Source: Oceanispirochaeta sp.
GTDB taxonomy: Bacteria > Spirochaetota > Spirochaetia > DSM-2461
DNA length: 64,000 nucleotides
Reading direction: 5' to 3'
Assembly (NCBI GenBank): GCA_963663385.2
Contig: CAXXXD010000003.1
Span: forward strand, 1,440,001 to 1,504,000
In this document: piece after piece, positions 19,905 through 29,633 of the stretch
How positions within the stretch are numbered: the first letter of the stretch is position 1
Layout: every line of letters starts with the position of its first letter
Position numbers and translations under genes: made by a program
The notes under the pieces: model-generated
The model's input: only the letters and a program-made list of their open reading frames with translations
What the model was told of the DNA's origin: nothing
The model's database searches: none

Positions 19905-20435
19905 CTATTCCGGTATAATGGTATTGTTGATACTGACAAATTCCTGAGTCATAACTCTGGTGGCATCTTCAATCTGTCTGGTCTGATCACCTGTATTCAT
20001 CAATTCCGGCATAACGGCTATTTTATATACGGGAGAGGATTTTTTCAGGGAACCTCCGGAAAACTCAACTTCATGATCAATACTGATATCAGTACGGATC
20101 TTAAGATTTTCCTGAATGAGTTTTTCCGGAACATCTTTTCGGATACCAATACTGGCATAGATGACCTTGTGCCGGTTTGCCTTTTCCTCAGGTCCAACAC
20201 CAAGTATGGATCCGGAATAAGTCAGAATAAGATAAGCCCGCTTTTCGTCTTTGGAAATACTGCTCTCGATACGCATCTGATACAGATGAACCTGTTCCAT
20301 GAATATCTTCTCTTTCTGCAGCCAGGAATCTGCCAAAAGATCCTGTACGGCAGGTGAAGAAGTCAGATCCGAAATTCCGGTGAGAGAACTCAGATGTTTT
20401 TGAACCTCTTTCGGCAGTTTTTTAAATGAACCCAT
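19905..20435 (-). CDS. Hypothetical protein, first gene of the kinase operon
   Basis: SD AAGGAG; 2-nt gap to the phosphatase gene; no recognisable domain. Confidence 0.75.
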   Translation of the reverse strand: MGSFKKLPKEVQKHLSSLTGISDLTSSPAVQDLLADSWLQKEKIFMEQVHLYQMRIESSISKDEKRAYLILTYSGSILGVGPEEKANRHKVIYASIGIRKDVPEKLIQENLKIRTDISIDHEVEFSGGSLKKSSPVYKIAVMPELMNTGDQTRQIEDATRVMTQEFVSINNTIIPE

Positions 20436-20483
20436 ATTGGTACTCCTTCCTGAAAGCCTGCAAAATTGATATGTTAGAATATA

Positions 20484-21176
20484 ATGAATAGTGCTCTTTC
20501 TGTCAGACCCTTTATATTAATTTTACTGCTAATTATACCAAACGGCACACTCTTCTCCAGGGAAAATATCAGAATTGCCTGTGTTGGAGACAGTATAACC
20601 TACGGATTTGGATTAATAAACAGAGAACATAGTTATCCTGCTCTTCTGAACAGAGAGCTGCCCGACAATTTTACTGTGAGAAATTTTGGTGTAAACGGCT
20701 CCTGTGCCGGCGAAAATCTTGAAGACTCCTACGCTACTGTAGGTTGGATTGATGAAATATCCCGATGGAATCCGGATCTTATACTTTTCATGCTCGGAAG
20801 CAATGATTCAAAACAAACAAACTGGATCAACAGGGACCATTTTATTGAAGGTTACCGGAACATCCTGAAACAAATCAGCGATAGTGAAACTGATATTGTA
20901 CTCCTGGCTCCCATCCCCTCCGGCAGAAATACCTTCGGGATCCGTGACAGAATAGTACGGAACAGGATTTACCCGGCCCTCAGGGATTTCTCAATATCCA
21001 TGGGGTACCCTCTTCTGGATTTTCGGGAAAAACTCGAAAACAGTTTCTTTATTTACCTGGATAATGTTCACCCCAACAGCAGGGGATATAAAATTATATG
21101 CGATGAGATTCTCAGCTATCTTGATCAATCCGGGTATTTTAAAAAGAAAACTCTTTCCCCAGATTTTCCTTTTTAA
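20484..21176 (+). CDS. Exported SGNH/GDSL esterase
   Basis: GDSIT, NFGVNG, LGSNDS, DNVHP blocks; signal peptide. Confidence 0.9.
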   Translation: MNSALSVRPFILILLLIIPNGTLFSRENIRIACVGDSITYGFGLINREHSYPALLNRELPDNFTVRNFGVNGSCAGENLEDSYATVGWIDEISRWNPDLILFMLGSNDSKQTNWINRDHFIEGYRNILKQISDSETDIVLLAPIPSGRNTFGIRDRIVRNRIYPALRDFSISMGYPLLDFREKLENSFFIYLDNVHPNSRGYKIICDEILSYLDQSGYFKKKTLSPDFPF

Positions 21177-22668
21177 ATTCCAGAAAATCCTCACTTGTAA
21201 GGGGTTTAGAGAAGTAAAATCCCTGAAAAGAACGACAGCCAAGATCAACCAGAGTCTTTAGCTGTTTTTCAGATTCGACTCCTTCAACAATCAGATCAAG
21301 CTTTAGCTCCTTGATAAAGTAAAGGATTCCTTTAAGAATGGAGTGATCCAATTCACTATCATGTACTTTCGTAACAAAGGATTTATCAATCTTGACGGTA
21401 TCAACAGGGAGATCTTTCAGGTAATTCAATGAAGAGTACCCCGTACCGAAATCATCCAGGGATATACTGAAACCGGCTTCCTTTAACTGATTCAGCTTAT
21501 TGATTGCATTAACAGGATTATCAATCAGACTGTTCTCGGTTAATTCAATTTTCAGATTACGGGGATCTATTTGATAGTTTTCTGTCAGTTTAATAAAAGT
21601 CTCAACCAGATCCGGATTATAAAACTGACGGGGTGAAACATTAACAGACAGGACCGTATGGTTATACATCTTATCCTTCCAGTCCCGCAATTGCTTGGCA
21701 GCTGAAAAGATAACCCAGTTACCCAGGGGTATAATCAACCCGGTCTCCTCTGCAAGAGGAATAAAATCATCAGGACGTATGCCGCCTTTTTCCGGATGAT
21801 TCCATCTTATAAGGGCTTCAGATTTAATTTCGCTTATTCTGTAATGATCCTTCCAGACTTCAATGGTTACGATCGGCTGAAAATTCAGATAGAACTGTTT
21901 ATCAATCTCTTTGATTGCCTGTTTTTCCAATGCCTTAATGATACTGTTCTGCAGTTCCATCTTCTCTATAACCAGATCACTGATTTCTTCTGTGAATATG
22001 GTATAGCTGATCTTCTGCTTACAGGCATAACTGAGAGCGATATCGGAATTATGAAGCAGAGTGTTTCGATCCAGCCCATGTTTGGGGAACAGGGAAACAC
22101 CGCAGCTTGAGTCTATGGAAATATTATACCCCGAAAAGATATGAGGCCTTTTTATCTCCTCGTTCAGCAGCTGAAGAAACATCTGCAACCGCCGCTCATC
22201 ATTGATATCCTGAAAAACGATGAGGAATTCATCCTCCCTTGTATGATAGACAAGGTTCTCCATTCCGCACAATTCTGAAAGACGGACACCGATCTGATAT
22301 AAGACCCATTCACTGATAGTGGGTTTTAAAGCTTTATTAATCGCTTCAAAATTTTCATTCAGCTTGATCAGAATAAAAGCTATGGGAGTTAGATTGTCTG
22401 CTTCCAGTCTTTTTTCCAGAAGGAGATTAACATCTTCGTTCGCTTTTACGTGATTAGGCAGCCCTGTTTTATGATTCAATACGACCCTTCGCTGAAGATC
22501 CGAGTTTTCCTTCTTTAAATTCTTTAGTTCCAGTGCCAGCTGCCCCAACTGACTGACAAGGTTCTCTCTCTCTTCTTCCAGAGCATTAACAAGTTCAATT
22601 AACTCCGGAGATGAGAGGTTTTCCAGTTTTGCTAATGTAGTCAAATATTTATCCGAACCTATATCCAT
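21139..22668 (-). CDS. Coiled-coil - degenerate GGDEF - EAL c-di-GMP phosphodiesterase
   Basis: EALIRW, DDFGTGYSS, EGVE intact; GGDEF replaced by REDEF. Confidence 0.9.
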   Translation of the reverse strand: MDIGSDKYLTTLAKLENLSSPELIELVNALEEERENLVSQLGQLALELKNLKKENSDLQRRVVLNHKTGLPNHVKANEDVNLLLEKRLEADNLTPIAFILIKLNENFEAINKALKPTISEWVLYQIGVRLSELCGMENLVYHTREDEFLIVFQDINDERRLQMFLQLLNEEIKRPHIFSGYNISIDSSCGVSLFPKHGLDRNTLLHNSDIALSYACKQKISYTIFTEEISDLVIEKMELQNSIIKALEKQAIKEIDKQFYLNFQPIVTIEVWKDHYRISEIKSEALIRWNHPEKGGIRPDDFIPLAEETGLIIPLGNWVIFSAAKQLRDWKDKMYNHTVLSVNVSPRQFYNPDLVETFIKLTENYQIDPRNLKIELTENSLIDNPVNAINKLNQLKEAGFSISLDDFGTGYSSLNYLKDLPVDTVKIDKSFVTKVHDSELDHSILKGILYFIKELKLDLIVEGVESEKQLKTLVDLGCRSFQGFYFSKPLTSEDFLEFKKENLGKEFSF

Positions 22669-22849
22669 ATCGATTTCGAATTCAAAGGAACCCGTTCCAA
22701 AAGCATTTTACATGCAAGTATAAAGATAATCAAACCTTTTATTTTTTCTTGTACTCAGCCCAAGCATATACCGGAACAGTCTGCTTATTTATTATATAAT
22801 TTGTAAAAAATCACAATGAAATATTTTATTCCTATGCTATAAAGATTGT

Positions 22850-23797
22850 ATGAATTTACTCACACTACTGGGCGCAATACTCTGGGACAGAATCCTGGGA
22901 GAACCTCCTGTTCGTTTCCATCCAACAGTCTGGATGGGTTCCTATATAAAGTTCCTATGGCAATTAAAAAGAAAACACACGCCCCCGGGCGATTTTATCT
23001 GGGGAACATTTCTTCTTCTTTCCGGTTTAACCCTTTTTATTGCCCCTCTCGTTTATTTTGTTTTTATTATCGGCAACTTCTCGCCGGTTCTGAAAGTTCT
23101 AATTTCCATTCCCCTCCTGAAAGTTTCCTTCTCTATTCGCTTCCTTCTGCAGACTGCCGGAGAGATAAAGAAGGCTCTTGAAGAGGAGAATATTGAAGAA
23201 GCCCGCCGCCTGACCGCCTACCATCTGGTAAGCCGGGACACATCACATCTTAATAAAGAGGAGATTGTATCCTGCGTAATAGAATCAGTGGCCGAAAATA
23301 TCACTGACAGTTTTATATCGCCCCTGTTCTATTATCTGATTTTTGGAATACCTGGAGCCTGGGGATTCCGTTTTGTCAATACGGGGGATGCCATGATTGC
23401 CTACCGAAACGAGGAATTCGAATGGGGGGGCAAGTTTACGGCCTGGACTGACTCCATCCTGAACTGGTTACCCGCCCGCCTTACGGCTTTTGGTATAGTA
23501 GCGGCCTCCTGTCTGACACCGGGGTATTCGGGAAGAAACAGCTGGAAGGCTATGAAAACGGGACGCCTTGCAACAGCGAGCCCCAACGCAGGCTGGACAA
23601 TGGGAGCTATGGCTGGCACCCTGAGTATCAGACTGGAAAAAAAGGACGAGTATATCCTGGACGGAGGATCGGACCGCCTTACGGTTCAGAAAATCGAAAG
23701 CTGCCTGAGAATGACTGTAATAGCTCTTGTTTTGACTATGACTGTTCTGATTTTACTGGTACAGGGGGGATTATGGGTTCTGAACATGGTGGTTTAA
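22850..23797 (+). CDS. cbiB: Adenosylcobinamide-phosphate synthase
   Basis: D..LGEP...HP, VSRDT, ESVAEN..D, SPNAGW. Confidence 0.93.
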   Translation: MNLLTLLGAILWDRILGEPPVRFHPTVWMGSYIKFLWQLKRKHTPPGDFIWGTFLLLSGLTLFIAPLVYFVFIIGNFSPVLKVLISIPLLKVSFSIRFLLQTAGEIKKALEEENIEEARRLTAYHLVSRDTSHLNKEEIVSCVIESVAENITDSFISPLFYYLIFGIPGAWGFRFVNTGDAMIAYRNEEFEWGGKFTAWTDSILNWLPARLTAFGIVAASCLTPGYSGRNSWKAMKTGRLATASPNAGWTMGAMAGTLSIRLEKKDEYILDGGSDRLTVQKIESCLRMTVIALVLTMTVLILLVQGGLWVLNMVV

Positions 23798-24828
23798 ACT
23801 TTTTTCAGCTGCGCAACGAACGAATTGATCCAGAGGACATCCTGGATTTCAGTGTCAGCATTAATCCTGCGGCCCTCCCCTTCAAGGTCAGGGAGAAGTT
23901 TCAAAGGAGCTGTATTACCCGTTACCCGGATTCAGAGAGTACTCTACTGAGAGAGAAGATTGCCGAATTCAATAATATTCCGGTTATTGGAAACATCCTG
24001 GTGGTTAACGGCACTTCCCAGGGGATATTTCTGATTGTCCAGGCTCTTATGAATGATGGGGACAGGATCGGGATCGTAAGCCCCAGCTACAGCGAATATT
24101 TTGATGCCTGTTCTCTCAAAACAGATAGGATTGATTTATTGCATATGACAGGGAAACCGGATTTTCAATTTCCCCTGCAAGAGATATGCTCCTATATTGA
24201 GAACTTTTCTCCCCGGATGATTTGGATCTGCTCCCCCAACAACCCGACAGGGACTTACCTTGATGAGATGAGTTTCGAGCTGATCCGTCAAAACTGCCTC
24301 AAATCTGACACACTTCTGCTGCTGGATGAAGCCTATATATGTTTTGTCCCGGAAGAAAGCCGTTATAACGCCCTTCGGAAAAATGTTCTTGTTCTCCGCT
24401 CTATGACAAAGGATTTCGGATTTCCCGGATTACGCCTGGGCTATCTGATGGGGGAAGAGGAAAATATCGGAAAAATAAAAAAATGGCAGCCCGACTGGAG
24501 TATAAATGCTCCTGCCCAGGAAGCCGGAATAGCCGGTTTCGGGGAAATAGATTATTTCAGACAGAGCTGGCGGGAAATAGCCCGAAGAATGCAGGATATG
24601 CGAAAGGTTTTCAATGAATTGGGTTTGCGAACCTATCCCAGTTGTGCCAACTTTTTTCTGATGGAGATAGATGATATAGACGCTTTAAAAGCTCATCTCT
24701 GGCAGGATCTTATCCTTGTCAGAGACTGCCGTTCCTTCGGCCTGGAAAATATGATCCGAATCGGAGTGAACACAGACAGGGCCAACAGAAAACTGTTAAA
24801 CAGTATTAAGGAGTATCTGAAAAAATGA
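23773..24828 (+). CDS. cobD: L-threonine-O-3-phosphate decarboxylase (PLP class I/II)
   Basis: HGG, DFS.SINP, PNNPTG, DEAY, SMTK...PGLRLGY; cob operon context. Confidence 0.85.
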   Translation: MGSEHGGLNFFQLRNERIDPEDILDFSVSINPAALPFKVREKFQRSCITRYPDSESTLLREKIAEFNNIPVIGNILVVNGTSQGIFLIVQALMNDGDRIGIVSPSYSEYFDACSLKTDRIDLLHMTGKPDFQFPLQEICSYIENFSPRMIWICSPNNPTGTYLDEMSFELIRQNCLKSDTLLLLDEAYICFVPEESRYNALRKNVLVLRSMTKDFGFPGLRLGYLMGEEENIGKIKKWQPDWSINAPAQEAGIAGFGEIDYFRQSWREIARRMQDMRKVFNELGLRTYPSCANFFLMEIDDIDALKAHLWQDLILVRDCRSFGLENMIRIGVNTDRANRKLLNSIKEYLKK

Positions 24829-25370
24829 TCCTTGTATTAGGCGGTACAAAGTCCGGAAAAACAGGCTTTGCAGAGAGAACGGCGGAAGCCTATTCACAGA
24901 AACACAACTGTCCGGTTGTATATCTTGCGACAGCACAGGCCTGGGACGAGGAAATGAAAATCCGTATCAGGAGACATCAGGAGTCCCGTCCTGATCACTG
25001 GATCACCTTCGAAGAGCCGCGGGATATCCTGTCTGTTTTTGAAAGTGATGCGCTTCAGCAGAATACGGTAGTGCTCCTGGACTGTCTAACCATGTGGATT
25101 ACCAACCTTTTAATGGATCTGGGAGAAGATTTGACAAAGGAAGAAGCGGAGGAGGCTGTACTTTCGAAGTTGACAGGATTCCTGAAAAGGGCATCATCCT
25201 ATAAAGGTGAAGTTATTATTGTTTCAAATCTGGTTGAGGTGGGGCTTATATCACCCCATTTTCTGGGAAGAACGTTTCAGGATCTGGCGGGAAAATCCCA
25301 CCAGATGATTGCTGCTGCGGCGCAGGAAGTCTATCAGATAACAGCAGGACTCGCCCTTAAATTAAAATAA
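24825..25370 (+). CDS. cobU: Adenosylcobinamide kinase/guanylyltransferase
   Basis: GGTKSGKT, YLATA, RI.RH...RP, DCLTMW. Confidence 0.93.
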   Translation: MILVLGGTKSGKTGFAERTAEAYSQKHNCPVVYLATAQAWDEEMKIRIRRHQESRPDHWITFEEPRDILSVFESDALQQNTVVLLDCLTMWITNLLMDLGEDLTKEEAEEAVLSKLTGFLKRASSYKGEVIIVSNLVEVGLISPHFLGRTFQDLAGKSHQMIAAAAQEVYQITAGLALKLK

Positions 25371-25380
25371 AGGATGCATT

Positions 25381-26436
25381 ATGGGTTTTATGGATGAAAT
25401 AAGTTTAATAGAAGGACTGGACCAGACAGCAATGAATCAGGCGGAACTGCGCTGGGACTCCCTTACAAAACCGCCCAAAAGTCTGGGCAAACTGGAAGAT
25501 GTTGTCATCCGGATTGCTGGAATACAGAGGACTTCCATGCCTCGCCTGGACAGGAAACAGGTTCTCTGCTTTGCAGGTGACCATGGTGTTTTCAAGGAGG
25601 GAGTCTCCCCTTCCCAACAGAGCGTCACAGCCGAAATGGTTAAAAACTTTGTTAACGGGGGAGCAGCTATCAGTGTCCTTTCCTGCTGTACCGGGTCAAA
25701 TCTCAAAGTTATCAATACGGGAATGGTGAATGTTGTCGATCACCCTTCTGTCATTCAGAAAAGTATAGCCCCGGGCACTATGAACATGGCGGAAGGCCCG
25801 GCAATGACCAGAGAACAGGCTGTTGCCGCAATAGAACTTGGATACGGAATGGCAAAGGATCATATTAAGGACGGAGTCAGCCTGATTGCTGCCGGAGAGA
25901 TGGGTGTGGGCAATACAACAGCCGCCAGCGCCATCTACTCCTGTATGACAGGACTCTCTCCGGCGGAAGTTACCGGAACAGGGGCTGGGCTGCCCCCGAA
26001 TATGGTTCCCCATAAGGCGTCTGTTATTCAGAAAGCCCTGGATATTAACAGACCGGATCCGGGGGATCCTCTCTCGGTCCTGCAGGCCGTTGGCGGCTTT
26101 GAACTGGCAGCTATGACCGGTGTTATGATAGCCGGCGCCGTATACCGCTGTCCCATTATTGTAGACGGCTTTATTTCCGGCGCATCAGCCATTCTGGCTA
26201 TGACATTCCATGAATTAATCAGGGAGTACCTTTTCTTTTCCCACAGCTCGGGAGAAAAAGGTTTTCAGGAAGTCTGCAAGCGGTTTCGTATTGATCCTCT
26301 GGTAGATCTGAATATGCACCTGGGAGAAGGAACGGGAGCCGTAATGGTGATTCCCCTGCTGGAAAACAGCCTTGCCTGTTATCATAATATGGCGACGTTT
26401 GCTGAAGCTGGCGTTACGGAGATTGAAAAGCAGTGA
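25381..26436 (+). CDS. cobT: Nicotinate-nucleotide-dimethylbenzimidazole phosphoribosyltransferase
   Basis: LTKPPKSLG.LE, GDHGV, GEMGVGNTT, LGEGTGA. Confidence 0.96.
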   Translation: MGFMDEISLIEGLDQTAMNQAELRWDSLTKPPKSLGKLEDVVIRIAGIQRTSMPRLDRKQVLCFAGDHGVFKEGVSPSQQSVTAEMVKNFVNGGAAISVLSCCTGSNLKVINTGMVNVVDHPSVIQKSIAPGTMNMAEGPAMTREQAVAAIELGYGMAKDHIKDGVSLIAAGEMGVGNTTAASAIYSCMTGLSPAEVTGTGAGLPPNMVPHKASVIQKALDINRPDPGDPLSVLQAVGGFELAAMTGVMIAGAVYRCPIIVDGFISGASAILAMTFHELIREYLFFSHSSGEKGFQEVCKRFRIDPLVDLNMHLGEGTGAVMVIPLLENSLACYHNMATFAEAGVTEIEKQ

Positions 26437-27248
26437 AAAAACTTATCTACGCCCTGCGGTTTATGACCATCCTGCCCATCCCCTGGAATGAAAATGAAGA
26501 CCTTGTACAGGTTTCCCGGTCATCCGGGATGTTTCCCCTGGTGGGCCTGTTTATTGGCCTGCTGCTGGGGGGGACCTTTTCTCTGTTCCGGAACCTGCTC
26601 TCCCTTGAGACGGTCGCCTTTCTGCAAACCCTTGTCTGGGTTTTTATTACAGGAGGGCTGCACCTGGACGGACTCTCCGATACATTTGACGGAATCGGCA
26701 GCGGCAGAGAGCGGGAGCGTATGCTGGAGATTATGAAAGACAGCAGCATAGGGGCATTCGGCGCGCTCTCTCTGATTCTTCAGATTCTGCTGAAGTATGT
26801 TTTTATACGGGAGATCAATACCCTTGCCCCCTGGCTGATCCTGCTGGCTCCGGTTTGCGGCAGATGGGGCCAGCTGATTGCCATCTACTACTACCCTTCC
26901 GCCAGAAAAAACGGGATGGGGATATTCTTCAGGGATCATATAAGACCCAACGAAGTAATCTTCGGACTGTTATGTACCATACTGATCTTTCTGTCCTTGT
27001 TGCCCTGGTATGCCCTTTTCATCCTGGCAGCTCACAGCCTGATAGTCGTTCTTGTTTCTACAGGGATATCAAAGAAACTCAACGGGTTAACCGGGGATGT
27101 ATACGGACTGGTTTGTGAGACAGGAGAATCTGCAGCGCTGATTCTTACCGTATTCTACCTGTCTCTTACAGGTTCAATGGGAATCGGGCGGGAAGGGTTT
27201 TCTCTAATTGAGGGTCTGAATAAACTCATCCATCCTTTTTTCCAGTGA
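26433..27248 (+). CDS. cobS: Adenosylcobinamide-GDP ribazoletransferase
   Basis: TGGLHLDGLSDT.DG, IMKDS.IGAFG, GLTGDVYG. Confidence 0.95.
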   Translation: MKKLIYALRFMTILPIPWNENEDLVQVSRSSGMFPLVGLFIGLLLGGTFSLFRNLLSLETVAFLQTLVWVFITGGLHLDGLSDTFDGIGSGRERERMLEIMKDSSIGAFGALSLILQILLKYVFIREINTLAPWLILLAPVCGRWGQLIAIYYYPSARKNGMGIFFRDHIRPNEVIFGLLCTILIFLSLLPWYALFILAAHSLIVVLVSTGISKKLNGLTGDVYGLVCETGESAALILTVFYLSLTGSMGIGREGFSLIEGLNKLIHPFFQ

Positions 27249-27941
27249 TGTATAAATAAAGTTATAAAGATCTTCCTCGTACTCAGTACCATCGAATTCG
27301 GCAATATAGAGTTCCTTACCGGCTATCACTCTTTTCTGGCTCAGATTACCGCTTACATTAATCTGATAGGCACCAACCGTCAGGTTGATATTTTTCAGTT
27401 CCTTTAGCAGACAGGACTCCAGTTCCGCCTCCCCGGATAGGGAGAGAGCTTTCGGACTGATATCATGCAAATCACAGGTAAAGCTTTTCCCATCGCATTC
27501 AAAACTGAACTGACTGATGGTTTCACTATAGCTTCCGAAACGGACATGTTCCCGTTTGCCATGGGCCTCTGCATCTTCCAGTATGGCTTTCAAAGATTTT
27601 AAAATTTCCTGTTCAGACTGATCCAGAGAGATATAATCCTTTATTTTATCCCCGTAGGTTACACCTTCCCTGAAAAAAGAATAAACCTGAAGGTCCTTGA
27701 AAATGCCCAGATGCAGTGTTTTATCATTAAAATTCTGAAGATCAAAATCCTCATAGGGATAATCCGAGTTTATAAACAACACTGAATCGGGATAGGATTC
27801 CAGCAAGGGAAACAGCTTTTCCGTATTGTTTAATTTATATATTTCATAACCATCCTCAAAGAGTTTTCTCAGGATAGCTTTAGAGAAATCCACTGGAGGA
27901 TACAGGAAAAAGATTTTTTTCCCCAGGTTAAATTGATTCAT
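27204..27941 (-). CDS. Receiver-like N-terminal domain plus PilZ-like domain
   Basis: KREHVR (RxxxR) and DISPKA (D.S..G-like) motifs in the C-terminal half. Confidence 0.6.
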   Translation of the reverse strand: MNQFNLGKKIFFLYPPVDFSKAILRKLFEDGYEIYKLNNTEKLFPLLESYPDSVLFINSDYPYEDFDLQNFNDKTLHLGIFKDLQVYSFFREGVTYGDKIKDYISLDQSEQEILKSLKAILEDAEAHGKREHVRFGSYSETISQFSFECDGKSFTCDLHDISPKALSLSGEAELESCLLKELKNINLTVGAYQINVSGNLSQKRVIAGKELYIAEFDGTEYEEDLYNFIYTSLEKRMDEFIQTLN

Positions 27942-28011
27942 AAGGACTCCTAAATATATTTGTCCCTTATTCTAACAGATCTCGTGAGTAAAAACAATTT
28001 TTTGCATGGAT

Positions 28012-28674
28012 TTATATCAGGTAAAAGGCAAAGCTCAGATAAAAACTGATACTCCCGGCCAGTACAAAAAGGTGCCATATGACATGACTGAAGGGGATCC
28101 GTTTTGAGAGGTAGAAAATAATCCCCAGGGAGTACATTACGCCGCCGATGACAGCCCACAGAACAAATCCGAATGGCATGACACGCACAAGAGGTTTGGC
28201 CGCTACGATTATGACCCAGCCCATTGGCAGATACAACAGGTCCGTGTAAAGGTGTTTTTCCTTAAAAATCAGGACCTTCAAGAGGATTCCTGCAATAGCC
28301 AATCCCCATATGACTCCGAAAATAGACCAGCCCCAGCCCCCCTGAAGGCCCAGCAGAGCAACCGGTGTGTACGTACCGGCAATAAGCAGATAGATGGATG
28401 CCTGATCCAGGATACGGAAGCTTCTATGAATACGAGGCATATCCGAGAACTGGTGTGTAAGGGCGGATGAGAGGTACAGGAGAATCTGAAAAGCCCCGTA
28501 CAGACTGAATGAGACATATTGGATGGCACTTCCCCCGTTAAGCCTTGTAAGCACAAGCAGAAACACCAGGCCGGCAATACTCATTCCTGCTCCGATGCTA
28601 TGGGTTACAGAATTGAGTTTTTCTTCGATTGTATGAAAAATCCGATCTTTTTCTATTCCAATTGTCATTTCCAT
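28012..28674 (-). CDS. Hemolysin III / PAQR family membrane protein
   Basis: EE..NSVTH, D...IYLLIAGTYTP, H.IWHLFVL. Confidence 0.92.
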   Translation of the reverse strand: MEMTIGIEKDRIFHTIEEKLNSVTHSIGAGMSIAGLVFLLVLTRLNGGSAIQYVSFSLYGAFQILLYLSSALTHQFSDMPRIHRSFRILDQASIYLLIAGTYTPVALLGLQGGWGWSIFGVIWGLAIAGILLKVLIFKEKHLYTDLLYLPMGWVIIVAAKPLVRVMPFGFVLWAVIGGVMYSLGIIFYLSKRIPFSHVIWHLFVLAGSISFYLSFAFYLI

Positions 28675-28791
28675 CAGTGAATTATAAGACAGGTATTCCT
28701 GTTTTAAAATAGGAGATAAACACTATTTTCTTTTTAACACTAAAAAAATGAACAAGTAACTTATGCTATCTGATAAATATGAGTACTCCTT

Positions 28792-29256
28792 TTATGCCGG
28801 AAACAATGCCAGGTAAATCTGAACCTGTCCGTCCTGATCCTCTCCACCGGGAACACGGTAAAGCCCGGCCGCGTCCAATGAATGAACAGCCAATGCGGAT
28901 AGTTCCCGTGCCAGATTGGCATCGGCTTTGAATGTCCCTACCTTGAAAATATCGAAGCCTGTTTCGTCATAGAGCGCATTGAGAACAGCCGCCCTTTCCC
29001 GGAATTCCTCTCTCAAACTCTCGTTGGCCCAGCCCCAGAGCCAGTTTTTGCTTACAGGTGCCAGAGATCCGATTACAATAACAGAAAACTGACACCTGAG
29101 CACACTATCCTTTTCAAAACGGAGGATCCGGCTATCCAGATCAAGCACATACTCATCCTGACCGCTTAACCCGAAATCAGCCTTAAGCTGTTTCTGCTTT
29201 TTCTCCAGTTCAATGCTGCAGCGGTCGGCGTACATCTGTAATTCTCTTTCTGTCAT
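28792..29256 (-). CDS. DUF6882-like protein
   Basis: IGS......WLWGWAN motif. Confidence 0.6.
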   Translation of the reverse strand: MTERELQMYADRCSIELEKKQKQLKADFGLSGQDEYVLDLDSRILRFEKDSVLRCQFSVIVIGSLAPVSKNWLWGWANESLREEFRERAAVLNALYDETGFDIFKVGTFKADANLARELSALAVHSLDAAGLYRVPGGEDQDGQVQIYLALFPA

Positions 29257-29633
29257 GCCCTCAAATCCCCCTAGACTGAAGTTTTCTTAAATTTATACCT
29301 CTGATTTAAATGCTATACAATCCCTGCCGGGATTTCTGCCCTATACTGGTAAGAAATTGATATAACAGACCTTATTAACAGGTTTTGGGCGTCAAATTTT
29401 TAAAAGGGAGCCAAATTTCAGAAAAACGACCTCTTTAATAATAATCGCCCCCTAATTTTAAATTTGCCTCTTTCGGGAGCCAGACAGAGCAGATATTCTT
29501 AAGTGAATGAAAAGTGAGAGAAAAAGTGTTTTTCTCTGTGCGGAGACATATGGGATGGAAAAAAATTGAGGGTGGATAATGTGAACAGATTATCTCTCAA
29601 GGATATAGAACTGAAGTTTAAGGAGGTTGTACA

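Noticed and set aside
14710..20435. Assignment as a TerY-P defence triad or T6SS kinase/FHA module
   Set aside because: The vWA is exported, the phosphatase is calcineurin-like rather than PP2C, and no T6SS genes are present
22669..22849. Cobalamin riboswitch upstream of cbiB
   Set aside because: Short, AT-rich region with no B12-box motifs visible; an Rfam scan would be definitive
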